Of a stretch of DNA of 64,000 bases, positions 18,429 to 27,990 are shown one piece after another. Under the pieces are notes generated by a model. It searched no databases. It had not been told where the DNA came from and worked only from the letters and a program-made list of their open reading frames with translations. Source of the DNA: Nitrospirota bacterium (GTDB lineage: Bacteria; Nitrospirota; Thermodesulfovibrionia; Thermodesulfovibrionales; Dissulfurispiraceae); assembly GCA_040754455.1 (NCBI GenBank), contig JBFMCP010000002.1, positions 64,001 to 128,000 on the forward strand, given 5' to 3'. Made by a program: the position numbers and the translations under genes. Within the stretch, counting starts at the first letter, position 1; the number at the start of each line of letters is the position of its first letter.

Positions 18429-18786
18429 TTCCCCGCGTGTAAAGCCGTAAAGCAAGGAAATATTTTTTTGCATACAGATATACCTATGCTTTTCCACGCC
18501 TCACAAAATCAAAAACTTAGGATGATGTTTTCTCTTGCTTCGACACGGTATCGAGCCTCTGAATGCGCTACATTTTGGGTGCAATCACAGGCACAATATT
18601 CCCCGAGATCACGAAGCTTTTTTTTATCGGTGCGTAATTTTACGTAATCAATCGAAATCGTCTTTCTTTATCAGCGTACCTCTGCGTATCGCCCCGCTTC
18701 CCTGTGTATCCACATTGCCCCAGGTAAGGTACAAAGTTAGGATTAAATCAACATAACACATTGCACAGCGAAGGAGGGGAAAGGAT

Positions 18787-19035
18787 ATGCGATATGTGAC
18801 GGTGGGATTGACGGCAGAGCAAGCGCATTTTGTATCAGACATGCAGAGGCATTATGAGCGGATGGCGGGAGAGGCGATTCCGCTGCACCGCGCAATAGAG
18901 CGCATTATTGAATGCGCCATGCTGGAAAGAAAGGAGGTTAATGGAGAGGAAGAAAATTGGAAGGGCACGGCGGCCACCGTGCCCCACGTAAGCACCCCTA
19001 ACCCAAACACGAGAAAGGAGCTAACACTATGGTAG
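18787..19035 (+). CDS. Small protein, possibly ribbon-helix-helix regulator
   Basis: N-terminal strand YVTVGL then two helices; AAGGA RBS; TTGCCC-17 nt-TAGGAT upstream (18715-18743). Confidence 0.45.
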   Translation: MRYVTVGLTAEQAHFVSDMQRHYERMAGEAIPLHRAIERIIECAMLERKEVNGEEENWKGTAATVPHVSTPNPNTRKELTLW

Positions 19036-21383
19036 CAACGGCAGCAGTCGAAGTCAACGCAAAGAGGATCGCATCATTGAGGAAAGTAGCAGACGGAATG
19101 ACAAAGCAGATCGAGGAGAAGTTGAACTCGGCCACCAGCAAGCAGCGCCCCACCCGGCGGCGCGCAAAGATAGCCGACAGTCTGGAGCAGGAAGGCCGGA
19201 CCCTGCAAAAGGTCCAGCACGCGCTCAATGCGATCGCTGACGGCCTTGAGAGCGGCACGCTCCCCGAGAGCCTTGCGAAGCTCTCTAACCGGGTGCAAGT
19301 GGACGACCTCATCAGATTGAGCCGTCCATCTGATCGCCTGGAGGCCCTCGGCATCGATTTCGAGCGGGCCAAGGCCGATATCATGGAGATCATTAAAGAC
19401 GCTGTCCCGGTCGTCAGCCTGCAGGAAGCGAAGATCCGGAAGATGGAGCGCGACCTGATCGGCACCAAGATCCCCGGTTATTTCCCTACTCCCCGTGAGA
19501 TAGTTGAAGAGATGCTCCAGTCGGCGGATATCGCGCCCGGCATGAAGGTCCTGGAGCCGAGCGCCGGCAAGGGCAACATCGCGGATGTCATCAGAGAGCT
19601 TTATCCTGAGGTGGAGCTGTCGGTTGTCGAGCGCAATTGGACACTTTGCGAGATACTGAAAGAAAAAGAGCACAATCTTGTCGGTTATGATTTCTTGCTG
19701 CACGAGGGCAGGTATGACCGCATCATCATGAACCCGCCGTTCGAGAACGGGCAGGATATGGACCACGTGCGCCATGCCTATTCGCACCTGAATCCGGGCG
19801 GCATTGTAGTATCCATCGTATGCGAGGGCGCCTTTTGTCGGACCGATAAGAAGGCCTGCGATTTTAAAGACTGGATGACCGAAATCGGCGGTACATCCTT
19901 CAGTCTGCCGAGCGGATCCTTCAGCATGGGAGAGCGGTCCACGGGAGTCAATACAAGAATCGTCGTCCTCTACAAGGAAGAGTCGGCAGCGGAAGAAGCT
20001 GCGACCGAGACGGAAGAAGACATGGTGGCTTTTGGAGAAGGGTCTGAACAGCCGGCGGCTGAGGTCGTTCAAACTCCCGATGCGGAGCCGGAGCTAGCTA
20101 TCTGCCGGACATGCAAAGGCAGGGGAGAGATCGAGAATATCAAATGCGCGGACTGCAAAGGCACCGGATGGGCTGTCGTAGAAAAGGTCATTCACGAGGA
20201 CTGCAATGGACATGGCTGTGATGCCTGCCATGACGGTTGGATCGCAAGACAGGTGAATGCCGAGCCCAACGGCGTTCTTTCGCCGGACCAGACGCAGAAA
20301 GACCTGAACCTGAAGCATCCAGCAGGAGACCGAAAGCGCGGCACGCTGACCCTTATTCGCAATGAGTTCGAGGAATGTCTAAAGGCCGCTCTCGACATCG
20401 CCGAGCGGAGAAACACCATGCCGATTCTCTCGCATATCCACATCAAGGCTGAGGAGGGCGCCTGCCGCATCGAGGCCACCGATATTGAAAACTCATGGAG
20501 CAAGGTGATTGTCGCCAATCCGGTCTACGGCGCCGTCGATATGTGCGTCCCGCTCCATCTTCTCGCCAAAGAGGTCAGCGCGCTCCACGCAGACATCAAG
20601 ACCGTAGAGCTGTCGTTCAAGGGCAATACGGTAAAAGTCAACGGCAGGTGCGATATCTTCACTCTTCGCGGTGATGAATTCCCGGCCCTCAAAATTATCG
20701 AGGGCACCGAAGTTGCGATGAAGGGACTTCCGGCGAAGATCAAAAGAGTACTCGTAGCAGCAGGCGAGAGTGATACCCGGTATGTGCTCAACGGTGTCTA
20801 TATTGATTTGCAGAAAGGGCGCATCGTGGCGACCGACGGCCACCGGCTGCACATTGATGATATCGAGAAATCAGAGATGCCGAGTGTCATTCTTTCACGC
20901 AAGACAGCCGGGCTGATCGCCAAGCATGGCGCTGATACGCTCGTTTTCGGTGATGGGCATGTATCCTGCGCACTTGCCGGAGGTGTTCTGGTATCGAGGC
21001 TCCACGAAGGCACCTATCCGAACTACGAGAATGTAATCCCCAAAGAGCTCCCGATCAAGGCGACCTTCAGCGGGGCGGAGATGCTCAAGGTCCTTGAGGG
21101 AGCGGTCCCTATAGCGGCATCGAAGAGCAACGCGGTCAAGCTCTCGTTCAACGGGCAGATCGACGTGCATTCCACGAATCCCGATATTGGGCAATATCAC
21201 TGGTACGTGCCCTGCGAAAAAACAGGGGACGATATCTCTATAGCGATCAATGCACAGTATCTTATCGACTCCATCCGGTCATACACGACCAAGGAGAATG
21301 ATACTGTTATAATGGAGATCAACGAGCAGCTGACCCCGGTGCTCATCAACAGCAGGGCTGTCGTAATGCCCATGAGGTTATAG
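19029..21383 (+). CDS. Amino-DNA methyltransferase fused to DnaJ-type Zn finger and DNA polymerase III beta clamp (DnaN-like)
   Basis: VLEPSAGKG and IIMNPPF; CRTCKGRG/CADCKGTG; RNTMPILSH..EATDIE, TRYVLNGVY..VATDGHRL, SRLHEGTYPNYENVIP, terminal VVMPMRL. Confidence 0.9.
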   Translation: MVATAAVEVNAKRIASLRKVADGMTKQIEEKLNSATSKQRPTRRRAKIADSLEQEGRTLQKVQHALNAIADGLESGTLPESLAKLSNRVQVDDLIRLSRPSDRLEALGIDFERAKADIMEIIKDAVPVVSLQEAKIRKMERDLIGTKIPGYFPTPREIVEEMLQSADIAPGMKVLEPSAGKGNIADVIRELYPEVELSVVERNWTLCEILKEKEHNLVGYDFLLHEGRYDRIIMNPPFENGQDMDHVRHAYSHLNPGGIVVSIVCEGAFCRTDKKACDFKDWMTEIGGTSFSLPSGSFSMGERSTGVNTRIVVLYKEESAAEEAATETEEDMVAFGEGSEQPAAEVVQTPDAEPELAICRTCKGRGEIENIKCADCKGTGWAVVEKVIHEDCNGHGCDACHDGWIARQVNAEPNGVLSPDQTQKDLNLKHPAGDRKRGTLTLIRNEFEECLKAALDIAERRNTMPILSHIHIKAEEGACRIEATDIENSWSKVIVANPVYGAVDMCVPLHLLAKEVSALHADIKTVELSFKGNTVKVNGRCDIFTLRGDEFPALKIIEGTEVAMKGLPAKIKRVLVAAGESDTRYVLNGVYIDLQKGRIVATDGHRLHIDDIEKSEMPSVILSRKTAGLIAKHGADTLVFGDGHVSCALAGGVLVSRLHEGTYPNYENVIPKELPIKATFSGAEMLKVLEGAVPIAASKSNAVKLSFNGQIDVHSTNPDIGQYHWYVPCEKTGDDISIAINAQYLIDSIRSYTTKENDTVIMEINEQLTPVLINSRAVVMPMRL

Positions 21384-21384
21384 G

Positions 21385-21816
21385 ATGATCTATTCAATCG
21401 GCTATCAGAAAAGGAAGCTCTCCGAGATAGTCAGTGTGATGGAGGAAAAGGACATCGACCTGCTGGTCGATGTCCGCTCCGTCCCCTACTCGCGGAAGCC
21501 GGAGTTTAACCGCAACCGCCTGCAGGAGGCCCTCGGCTCCCGTTATGAGTGGATGGGCGAGGTCCTGGGCGGCAAAAAGGGGCCTGCAAAGGAGATCGGC
21601 ATCAAAAAACTGCTCTTCCTTCACGGCCAGGGCAGGCGCCTGCTCCTGATGTGCATGGAGCATCACCCCTGCGACTGCCACCGGCTCTATGATATCTCCC
21701 GGCGACTCGCAAAGAGGGGCGTTGAGGTAGTGCACCTTTTCGACGGCCATGAGCAGACGACCGACGAACTATCAGAGGAGGCATGCAATGAACGCAAAAA
21801 AGATAGAAATAGATAG
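21385..21816 (+). CDS. DUF488 family protein
   Basis: IYSIGY...LVDVRSVPYSRKPEFN...LMCME....CHR. Confidence 0.85.
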   Translation: MIYSIGYQKRKLSEIVSVMEEKDIDLLVDVRSVPYSRKPEFNRNRLQEALGSRYEWMGEVLGGKKGPAKEIGIKKLLFLHGQGRRLLLMCMEHHPCDCHRLYDISRRLAKRGVEVVHLFDGHEQTTDELSEEACNERKKDRNR

Positions 21817-22696
21817 TGAGGGCAAAGCAGCGACACATCTGCTCTTCCCCAATCCGGACCAGCCGCGGAAGATCTTCAAGCAAGGTCCTCTCGAGGAGCT
21901 GGCCCTCTCCATCCGGGAGAAGGGGCTTATCGAACCGATTGTCATCACCCCGTACGGCAAGATCATTGCCGGCGAGCGGAGATGGCGGGCGAGCATGATG
22001 GAGGGCACCATCCAGACCGAGCGCGGTCCGATACAGATAACTCCTGTGGAACGGGTGCCGGTGATCACCAAAAACGCTAGCGAACGGGAGATCGCCGAGC
22101 TCGCACTTCTGGAGAACTGGCAGCGCGAAGACCTCACCATTATGGAAGAAGCGATGGAGTTTAAGAAGCGGCTTGCTGAGGGGTGGACCAAAGAGGACCT
22201 TGCAAGGATCCTCGGCCTTAAACAGACCTGGCGCATCGATGAGCGCTTGAGCCTCCTGAACCTCACCCCTGAATACCAGCAGATGGTAGCCGAAGGGAAG
22301 ATCGGCAACTCCGAGGCCTTCGAGATGAGTCGTGTTACCCCTGCCAAGCAGGGTGTGGTGCTGAAAAAGATCGTTTCCGGGGAGCTGAATACCTACAACA
22401 AGCTCAGGGCCTTTGTGGACGGAATGATCGCACTGGAGAGCCAGGGCAACATCTTCGATCTCAATTCCCTTTCGGAGGAAGAGCAGTCGTCGATCAGGAG
22501 CTTCGATGGCATGCTCGCCGGCATTGAGCGGTTCATCGGCAAGTTCAGAGATGAGGAGCGGATCGCGCTTCTCAAAAAAGCAGGCTTCCGCGCGGACATC
22601 AAGTCCGAGCGCCTCGACCTCATCATCAAGGAGCTGCAGGGGATACGGAAAATTATCCTTGCCGGCAAGGGGATCAAAGACGCCATGGCCGCTTAA
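21788..22696 (+). CDS. ParB/Spo0J-family protein
   Basis: PNPDQPRKIF..LEELALSIREKGLIEPI..IIAGERRWRA..ALLENWQREDL. Confidence 0.9.
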   Translation: MNAKKIEIDSEGKAATHLLFPNPDQPRKIFKQGPLEELALSIREKGLIEPIVITPYGKIIAGERRWRASMMEGTIQTERGPIQITPVERVPVITKNASEREIAELALLENWQREDLTIMEEAMEFKKRLAEGWTKEDLARILGLKQTWRIDERLSLLNLTPEYQQMVAEGKIGNSEAFEMSRVTPAKQGVVLKKIVSGELNTYNKLRAFVDGMIALESQGNIFDLNSLSEEEQSSIRSFDGMLAGIERFIGKFRDEERIALLKKAGFRADIKSERLDLIIKELQGIRKIILAGKGIKDAMAA

Positions 22697-22730
22697 CTGT
22701 CAAATCATGAAATAGTTTTCTGCTATTAAT
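22697..22730 (+). promoter_or_regulatory. Putative late promoter, copy 2
   Basis: CTGTCAAATCATGAAATA + 9 nt + TATTAAT, upstream of terminase operon. Confidence 0.65.
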
Positions 22731-22763
22731 AGCCCAAAGGTTAACACCGGAGGGCTATTTAAT

Positions 22764-23669
22764 TTGGCAGACAACAAAGACGAAATTCTGGCGCAACTGA
22801 AGAAGAAACTCACGCTTATCAGGGTGAGCATCAGCAACGCCGTCAGACATCTCAACGAAGGCAGAGTCGTTCCTGCGAGCACGATCGACGATCTATATAC
22901 CCAGGAGACACAAATCCTCAAACAGATCGAAAGGCTCGAAAAGGAAGAGGATACCCCTCCACCTCCATCGGAATCCTCGGGCGAAGCCGGCGCCGAAGAG
23001 GAAGAGTACGGCATCCCGAAAGAGCTCCGCATTATGCGCCGTCCCTACACCATGACCGAAGAGGCGCGCCAGCAGCGGCAGAATGCGGCGAAGAGTCCCG
23101 CGAAAGCCGATGCCATGAAGGGGAACCGCAACGCCTGGAAGCACGGGCAGTATGCCGAGGGATTGGTGCGGAGCGTATTTCCTCCCTGCAAAACTACCTG
23201 TCGTCATTTTAAAAAATGTGAGCACGTTGCGAACGGCGAGACAGAGCCCGGCGAGATATGTCTTGACAATGCGCAGCTCATAAAGAATCTCCAGGCTGTT
23301 GAGAAAGCCATGAGAGACGGACAGCTTGGGGATTTGAAAGACCTTGCGGCTGTACAGATCGCCGGCGGGATAGAGGTTATCCAGCGATTGATTGCCGATA
23401 TCCTGACGGACGGAACGCTGGTAAAGTCGCTGATCTTCGGCAAGGATGGACAGCAGCTCGGTTACAAGGTTATGAATCACCCGTCGCTTTTGCCGCTGTG
23501 GAAAGGCATGGAGGTCCTGGGGATCACGCCCACAAACTTCATGATCACGCCGCAGATCGTGAAGAAGTTTGATACCGAAGAAAAGGTGGCTAATACTCTT
23601 GGCGCGGCAATGGGCCGCGCGGCGGCTGCTGCCCAGCGTGCGCGCGAGAAGAAGCCACAGCAGCAGTGA
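22764..23669 (+). CDS. Terminase small subunit (putative)
   Basis: GNRNAWKHG motif; directly upstream of large terminase. Confidence 0.65.
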   Translation: MADNKDEILAQLKKKLTLIRVSISNAVRHLNEGRVVPASTIDDLYTQETQILKQIERLEKEEDTPPPPSESSGEAGAEEEEYGIPKELRIMRRPYTMTEEARQQRQNAAKSPAKADAMKGNRNAWKHGQYAEGLVRSVFPPCKTTCRHFKKCEHVANGETEPGEICLDNAQLIKNLQAVEKAMRDGQLGDLKDLAAVQIAGGIEVIQRLIADILTDGTLVKSLIFGKDGQQLGYKVMNHPSLLPLWKGMEVLGITPTNFMITPQIVKKFDTEEKVANTLGAAMGRAAAAAQRAREKKPQQQ

Positions 23670-25504
23670 AGCCCTTCATTGATACGGTTGAGCCTGTAAC
23701 GATGGATGACCTCCGCAAGGCGATCCTTGTTCCCCGTGAAGATTTCGAGAAGTGGCTGGAGCTGCATAATTGGACTTACCACCAACTGGCCCGAAAAGAA
23801 TACCCCGAGCCCTACGAAGACCTGCAGCAGTTCCAGCTTGCCTGCTATTGCTCATCACCGCTCCTATGGATACCTGCTTTTTTAAGGGAGCCTGAAGACC
23901 CCGATCACCAGGACTCTTATACGCTTTGGGACTATCAGGAGGACTCTATTGCATATCCCGGCCACACGATACACAAGTGCGGCGCCGAGGTGGGCAAGAC
24001 CCGCGAGATCGTCGCGTACGCGCTTTATAAAGCCTTTACCGTGCAGAACGGCTCCGGGCTGATAGGCGCGCCGCAGCAGACGCACCTGGACGAAATCATC
24101 GAGGCGATGCTCGAACAGCTCGACTTCAACGAGGACCTGAAGCCTTCGCTTGTGGAGCACAAGAAACATCCGCATCACCGGTTCAGGTTCGATACCAGGT
24201 TCAAACTCTATTTCAGGCCGGCCGGACATGACGGCGAGGCATACAGAGGAATACACGTGCGGACATTCGCCATCAAGGATGAAGCGGCGAAACTGGATCA
24301 TAAAAAACAGTGGTCGGAGTTTTTCCGTGCGGTCAAGCCCGGTTGTGTGGTGAAGCTCTACTCGGTGCCCGACGGCCGGCGCGATACGGAATTCTACCGG
24401 TTGAGCAAACTTGCCGAGGGCGAGAAAGACACGGAGATCGAAGCGTTCAAAGAGGCATCGAACCATATTAAGGAGATCAAATTCCAGCTCTTTAAATGGC
24501 CGAAGATGTTGATGCCTTCGCCGTACTGGTCGCCTGAGAGAAAGAAGTTCTATATAGATCTTTACGGCGGAGAGGATTCGCCGGAGTATAAGCACAATGT
24601 CTTGGGTGAGGACGGGGATCCTGCCAACTCTGTTTTCCCATGGCAACAGTTCAGGTACTGCATTAAAGAGATCCCTGAGTACCGCGCGTTGAAGATCATG
24701 GTCGATTCAGCCAATGGAGAAGTGAGCGCCTATGGGTACCGATGCGAGTATGTGGCCGGAGACAGCGGGCCGGTCCCCAAGGCTGTTACCATCCTCGACA
24801 CGACTTACCGCCTGGCCGGCTTTTTCGATTATGTGGAGGGCGAGGAGTCCGAGTTCAGGAAGCTCATCAAGAGCTTTTTCGATGAGACACGCGAGGGCGC
24901 CAAGGAGGGTGGCGGCGACTTCGGCTATACCGGGGATCCCACGGAGCTGATTGTGCATAAGAGGATCGGCAAGAAGGACAGGTGGGTGGCCCGGCTCCAG
25001 CTGCGGCAAGTCACCTACGACCAGCAGTGCCAAGCGCTCGATGCGATCGACGATATCTTCGAACCGAAAGAGTCCCTTGGATGGGGGACCGACTTCGGCA
25101 ACGCCGGCTCCGCGGTTGCTCACGATCTGCAGGGGCTCCCACAGTATCGGGACAAAGACTATGACGACCGGCTTCGGGGATTCATGTTCGAGTCGACAAC
25201 GGACAATGTAGATGAAGAGGGGACCCCTATCATTGACGCCAAGACAGGGAAGCCGGCGAAGATCACGCTCAAAGAACTGGCGACCGATATCCTTGTAAAG
25301 AAGATGCAGCGCATGGAGCTGGAGTATCCGCCCGACCCTGACATCGTTGTCTCTTACACCGGGCATACCTGCACCTACGGCAGCAAGCACAGGATCTACT
25401 CGAAGAGTAACGACCATCTTATTGACGCAGATAGAGCAAGAGTGCTTGCAAAACTTTTTATGAATGAAACCGGCCGCGACGACGTGTTTGCAAGCGGAAA
25501 TTGA
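23666..25504 (+). CDS. Terminase large subunit
   Basis: LWDYQ, GAEVGKT Walker A, IKDEAA Walker B, GGDFG and NDHLIDA nuclease motifs. Confidence 0.88.
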   Translation: MKPFIDTVEPVTMDDLRKAILVPREDFEKWLELHNWTYHQLARKEYPEPYEDLQQFQLACYCSSPLLWIPAFLREPEDPDHQDSYTLWDYQEDSIAYPGHTIHKCGAEVGKTREIVAYALYKAFTVQNGSGLIGAPQQTHLDEIIEAMLEQLDFNEDLKPSLVEHKKHPHHRFRFDTRFKLYFRPAGHDGEAYRGIHVRTFAIKDEAAKLDHKKQWSEFFRAVKPGCVVKLYSVPDGRRDTEFYRLSKLAEGEKDTEIEAFKEASNHIKEIKFQLFKWPKMLMPSPYWSPERKKFYIDLYGGEDSPEYKHNVLGEDGDPANSVFPWQQFRYCIKEIPEYRALKIMVDSANGEVSAYGYRCEYVAGDSGPVPKAVTILDTTYRLAGFFDYVEGEESEFRKLIKSFFDETREGAKEGGGDFGYTGDPTELIVHKRIGKKDRWVARLQLRQVTYDQQCQALDAIDDIFEPKESLGWGTDFGNAGSAVAHDLQGLPQYRDKDYDDRLRGFMFESTTDNVDEEGTPIIDAKTGKPAKITLKELATDILVKKMQRMELEYPPDPDIVVSYTGHTCTYGSKHRIYSKSNDHLIDADRARVLAKLFMNETGRDDVFASGN

Positions 25505-25517
25505 TAAGGAGCGAGCT

Positions 25518-27578
25518 ATGAGATGGAATATTTTTTCACGTCTGTTTTCAAAAGCCCCGTCGGGCTCTTTCGACATGCAGCTCAGGCCCCGGCAGGCGCA
25601 GGGACCCTATACGCAGAAGTTCGAGGAGTTTTTCACCCGCAAGGTTGAGGGCGCGTTTTACGAGTTCCTCCGGAAGACCATGCCGGTCATCGATGGAGCG
25701 ATCAACCGGCTCACTGCACTGGACGGGTATCCGGACATCGAGGGGGACAATGAAGCGTTGGTGGAGGAGATCAAGGACTGGTGGTACAACGTGCCGGTCA
25801 ACCAGTTGCAGAAGGGAGTGCATGCCTATCAGCAGGCACTGACGAGCGAAGCATGGGAGCAGGGGTTTGGCTTCGGCGAGCCGGTCTATGATAAGAAACG
25901 CTCCGACATCATCGGGCTGAACACCGCCGACTCGCTCACCTTCACGTTCAAACAGAAAGATGACGGCACATTCGAGGTCCTGCAAAAGGGCTACGGCGAC
26001 AGCACGCCGAGACCTCTCGACCTTTCACGGCTCGATTTCTTCAGCGTCAACTGCGAGAACGGGGACCCTCGCGGCGTTCCCCTGATGAGATCCTGCGAGA
26101 TAGTGAGCAGGACCCTCGCCACTATATTCAACTCGTTGCAGAATGTATGGGAGCGGTTCGGTGACCCTTCCTTTTCTCTGGTCTACAAATCCCTCACCAA
26201 AGATCAGATCGATCTCGAAGCCAGGCGTCAGAAGCTCTCTACAGACCTGTCCAATGCGGTCAGATCCAAGCGCGAGGGGAAGTCGGTCGATTTCGTCTCC
26301 GCTATTCATAAGGACGCCGAGATCAAACTGGAGATCATCGGCGCCGTCGGCCAGGTGCTCGATGTGGAAATGCCGATGAGGGCTCTCCTGGAGCAGATCG
26401 TCGCAAAAACAGGATTGCCCCCCTGGATGTTCGGGCTCCGCTGGTCCACGACCCAGGGGCTCAGTGATTCTGAAGCGGAGATGATCCTGGCCGATGTCAA
26501 GACACGCCAGGCTGCGAAGACGCCCCTCCTTTACCGGCTGGTGCGCGAGCTGCTCCTCCTGCGCGGCAGGACCTGGAAGCCCGGTGACTGGACGATCACA
26601 TGGAAAACGGTGAACCTCCATGACCTTGTGAAGCAGGCGCAGGCCCGGTTCCTGAACGGCCAGGCAGATATGTACTACATGCAGAATGCCGAGCGCGCCG
26701 GCATCGAGATCAGCCGCGAGGACCTCGCCCTCGGAAAAGAAGTAAGAGCAAAGGGCGTTATCATCCTCACCGGCAAAAAAGAGACAGGCAGCTGCAGCTG
26801 CGGTGCACATCACGGCCTTAAAGAGCTCCAGCGCACGCAGCCGTGGCCCGAGCTGGACAAAGTAGAGAGCGATTACGAAGGCGCCCTCAAGGCGCGGTGG
26901 GCTGAGCTCCGCGACGTTGTATTTACCATCCTGAAGCTGCCGTACGAGGGCAAATCAGTAAAAGGCCCCGAGGACGTTCCCCCGATCGAAGCATTCTCAT
27001 TCTCCGATGAACAGCGTACGGCGGTGATGAGGGCCTATAAGGACTGGTACGGCTCCTTTGATATCGATGATCCGTCTTCCCCTGTCCGCTGGTACTACGG
27101 GCAGAGCTATTCCCTGGGGCTCATACAGGCGGCGAAGATGATCGGCAAAGAGCGCCCTATCCTCGACATCATCAAAAACAGAGAGATTTATGATGAGCTG
27201 TGCAGGAGCGGTTTCTCTTTGTTGAAGGACAATGCGACCAAAGCGATTGTCGAGAGGATCCTGCCTGAGATGGAAGCCCAGATGCTCGCCGGCACCAACC
27301 CACGCCATGTGGCTACGCGCCTCGAGAAACTCTTCGGCAATGCGAACAGCGACTGGGAGCGTCTGGCGCGGTCCGAGATGAGCATGGCGGCCGAGGAAGC
27401 GAAGGTCGATGAATGGAAAGAGTGGGATGTTGATGTGAAGAACGCTGTGATCCCGGTGAAGGATACGCACCCGCGCTGCAGGTGTTCGAATACCATCAAA
27501 GAGAAAGACGGCAAATTCTTCATTGCTTTTACCCCTGCTCCTGATGCATGTGCAATCTGTGTAGCCTTGGCCCAGTAA
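25518..27578 (+). CDS. Portal protein fused to MuF/gp7-like minor head domain
   Basis: Position after TerL; NGDPRGVPLMR..WERFGDP portal-like; RLARSE and HPRCRC at C-terminus. Confidence 0.75.
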   Translation: MRWNIFSRLFSKAPSGSFDMQLRPRQAQGPYTQKFEEFFTRKVEGAFYEFLRKTMPVIDGAINRLTALDGYPDIEGDNEALVEEIKDWWYNVPVNQLQKGVHAYQQALTSEAWEQGFGFGEPVYDKKRSDIIGLNTADSLTFTFKQKDDGTFEVLQKGYGDSTPRPLDLSRLDFFSVNCENGDPRGVPLMRSCEIVSRTLATIFNSLQNVWERFGDPSFSLVYKSLTKDQIDLEARRQKLSTDLSNAVRSKREGKSVDFVSAIHKDAEIKLEIIGAVGQVLDVEMPMRALLEQIVAKTGLPPWMFGLRWSTTQGLSDSEAEMILADVKTRQAAKTPLLYRLVRELLLLRGRTWKPGDWTITWKTVNLHDLVKQAQARFLNGQADMYYMQNAERAGIEISREDLALGKEVRAKGVIILTGKKETGSCSCGAHHGLKELQRTQPWPELDKVESDYEGALKARWAELRDVVFTILKLPYEGKSVKGPEDVPPIEAFSFSDEQRTAVMRAYKDWYGSFDIDDPSSPVRWYYGQSYSLGLIQAAKMIGKERPILDIIKNREIYDELCRSGFSLLKDNATKAIVERILPEMEAQMLAGTNPRHVATRLEKLFGNANSDWERLARSEMSMAAEEAKVDEWKEWDVDVKNAVIPVKDTHPRCRCSNTIKEKDGKFFIAFTPAPDACAICVALAQ

Positions 27579-27598
27579 CATTTATTCTGTTCATCCAG

Positions 27599-27631
27599 AG
27601 GCCGTGAGTAAAAAAACTTACGGCCTTTTTT
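27599..27631 (+). terminator. Intrinsic terminator after portal gene
   Basis: AGGCCGTGAGT-AAAAAA-ACTTACGGCCT followed by T run. Confidence 0.75.
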
Positions 27632-27635
27632 CTTG

Positions 27636-27669
27636 CTGTCAAATCATGAAATAAATTTTTGCTATCAAT
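27636..27669 (+). promoter_or_regulatory. Putative late promoter, copy 3
   Basis: CTGTCAAATCATGAAATA + 9 nt + TATCAAT, upstream of head operon. Confidence 0.65.
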
Positions 27670-27702
27670 AGGAGCAACAAATTTTCCAAAGAGGTGCGCA
27701 CA

Positions 27703-27990
27703 ATGGCTACAGGAAAGTCGAAGGAGATGAAGGGAGAGGAGGCCCTGGCGGAAATCAAAAACATGAAGAACCCCGATTTCATACGGGCATTCATAGAAGG
27801 TGATACGAGGAAGACCGTCACCGACGCTGCAGAGGCCGCTATAAAAAGACTGACGCAGCCCAAAGACGGCGAGGTCGACAAGATCACCGAAGAGACCGCT
27901 GATTTCAAGGACGGGATACAGGCCACCAAGAGCTATGTTACCTGCGAGGACGTGATCAAGAAAATGCGCGAAGAGGGCGTAGCGATATGA
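27703..27990 (+). CDS. Hypothetical head-module protein
   Basis: GAGGTG RBS; ATGA overlap with protease gene. Confidence 0.65.
   Translation: MATGKSKEMKGEEALAEIKNMKNPDFIRAFIEGDTRKTVTDAAEAAIKRLTQPKDGEVDKITEETADFKDGIQATKSYVTCEDVIKKMREEGVAI

Noticed and set aside
19074..20072. Long antisense ORFs (also 24707-25576, 29612-30499, 43595-44557, 54267-55160)
   Set aside because: Shadows of GC-rich coding genes on the opposite strand with no recognisable motifs.
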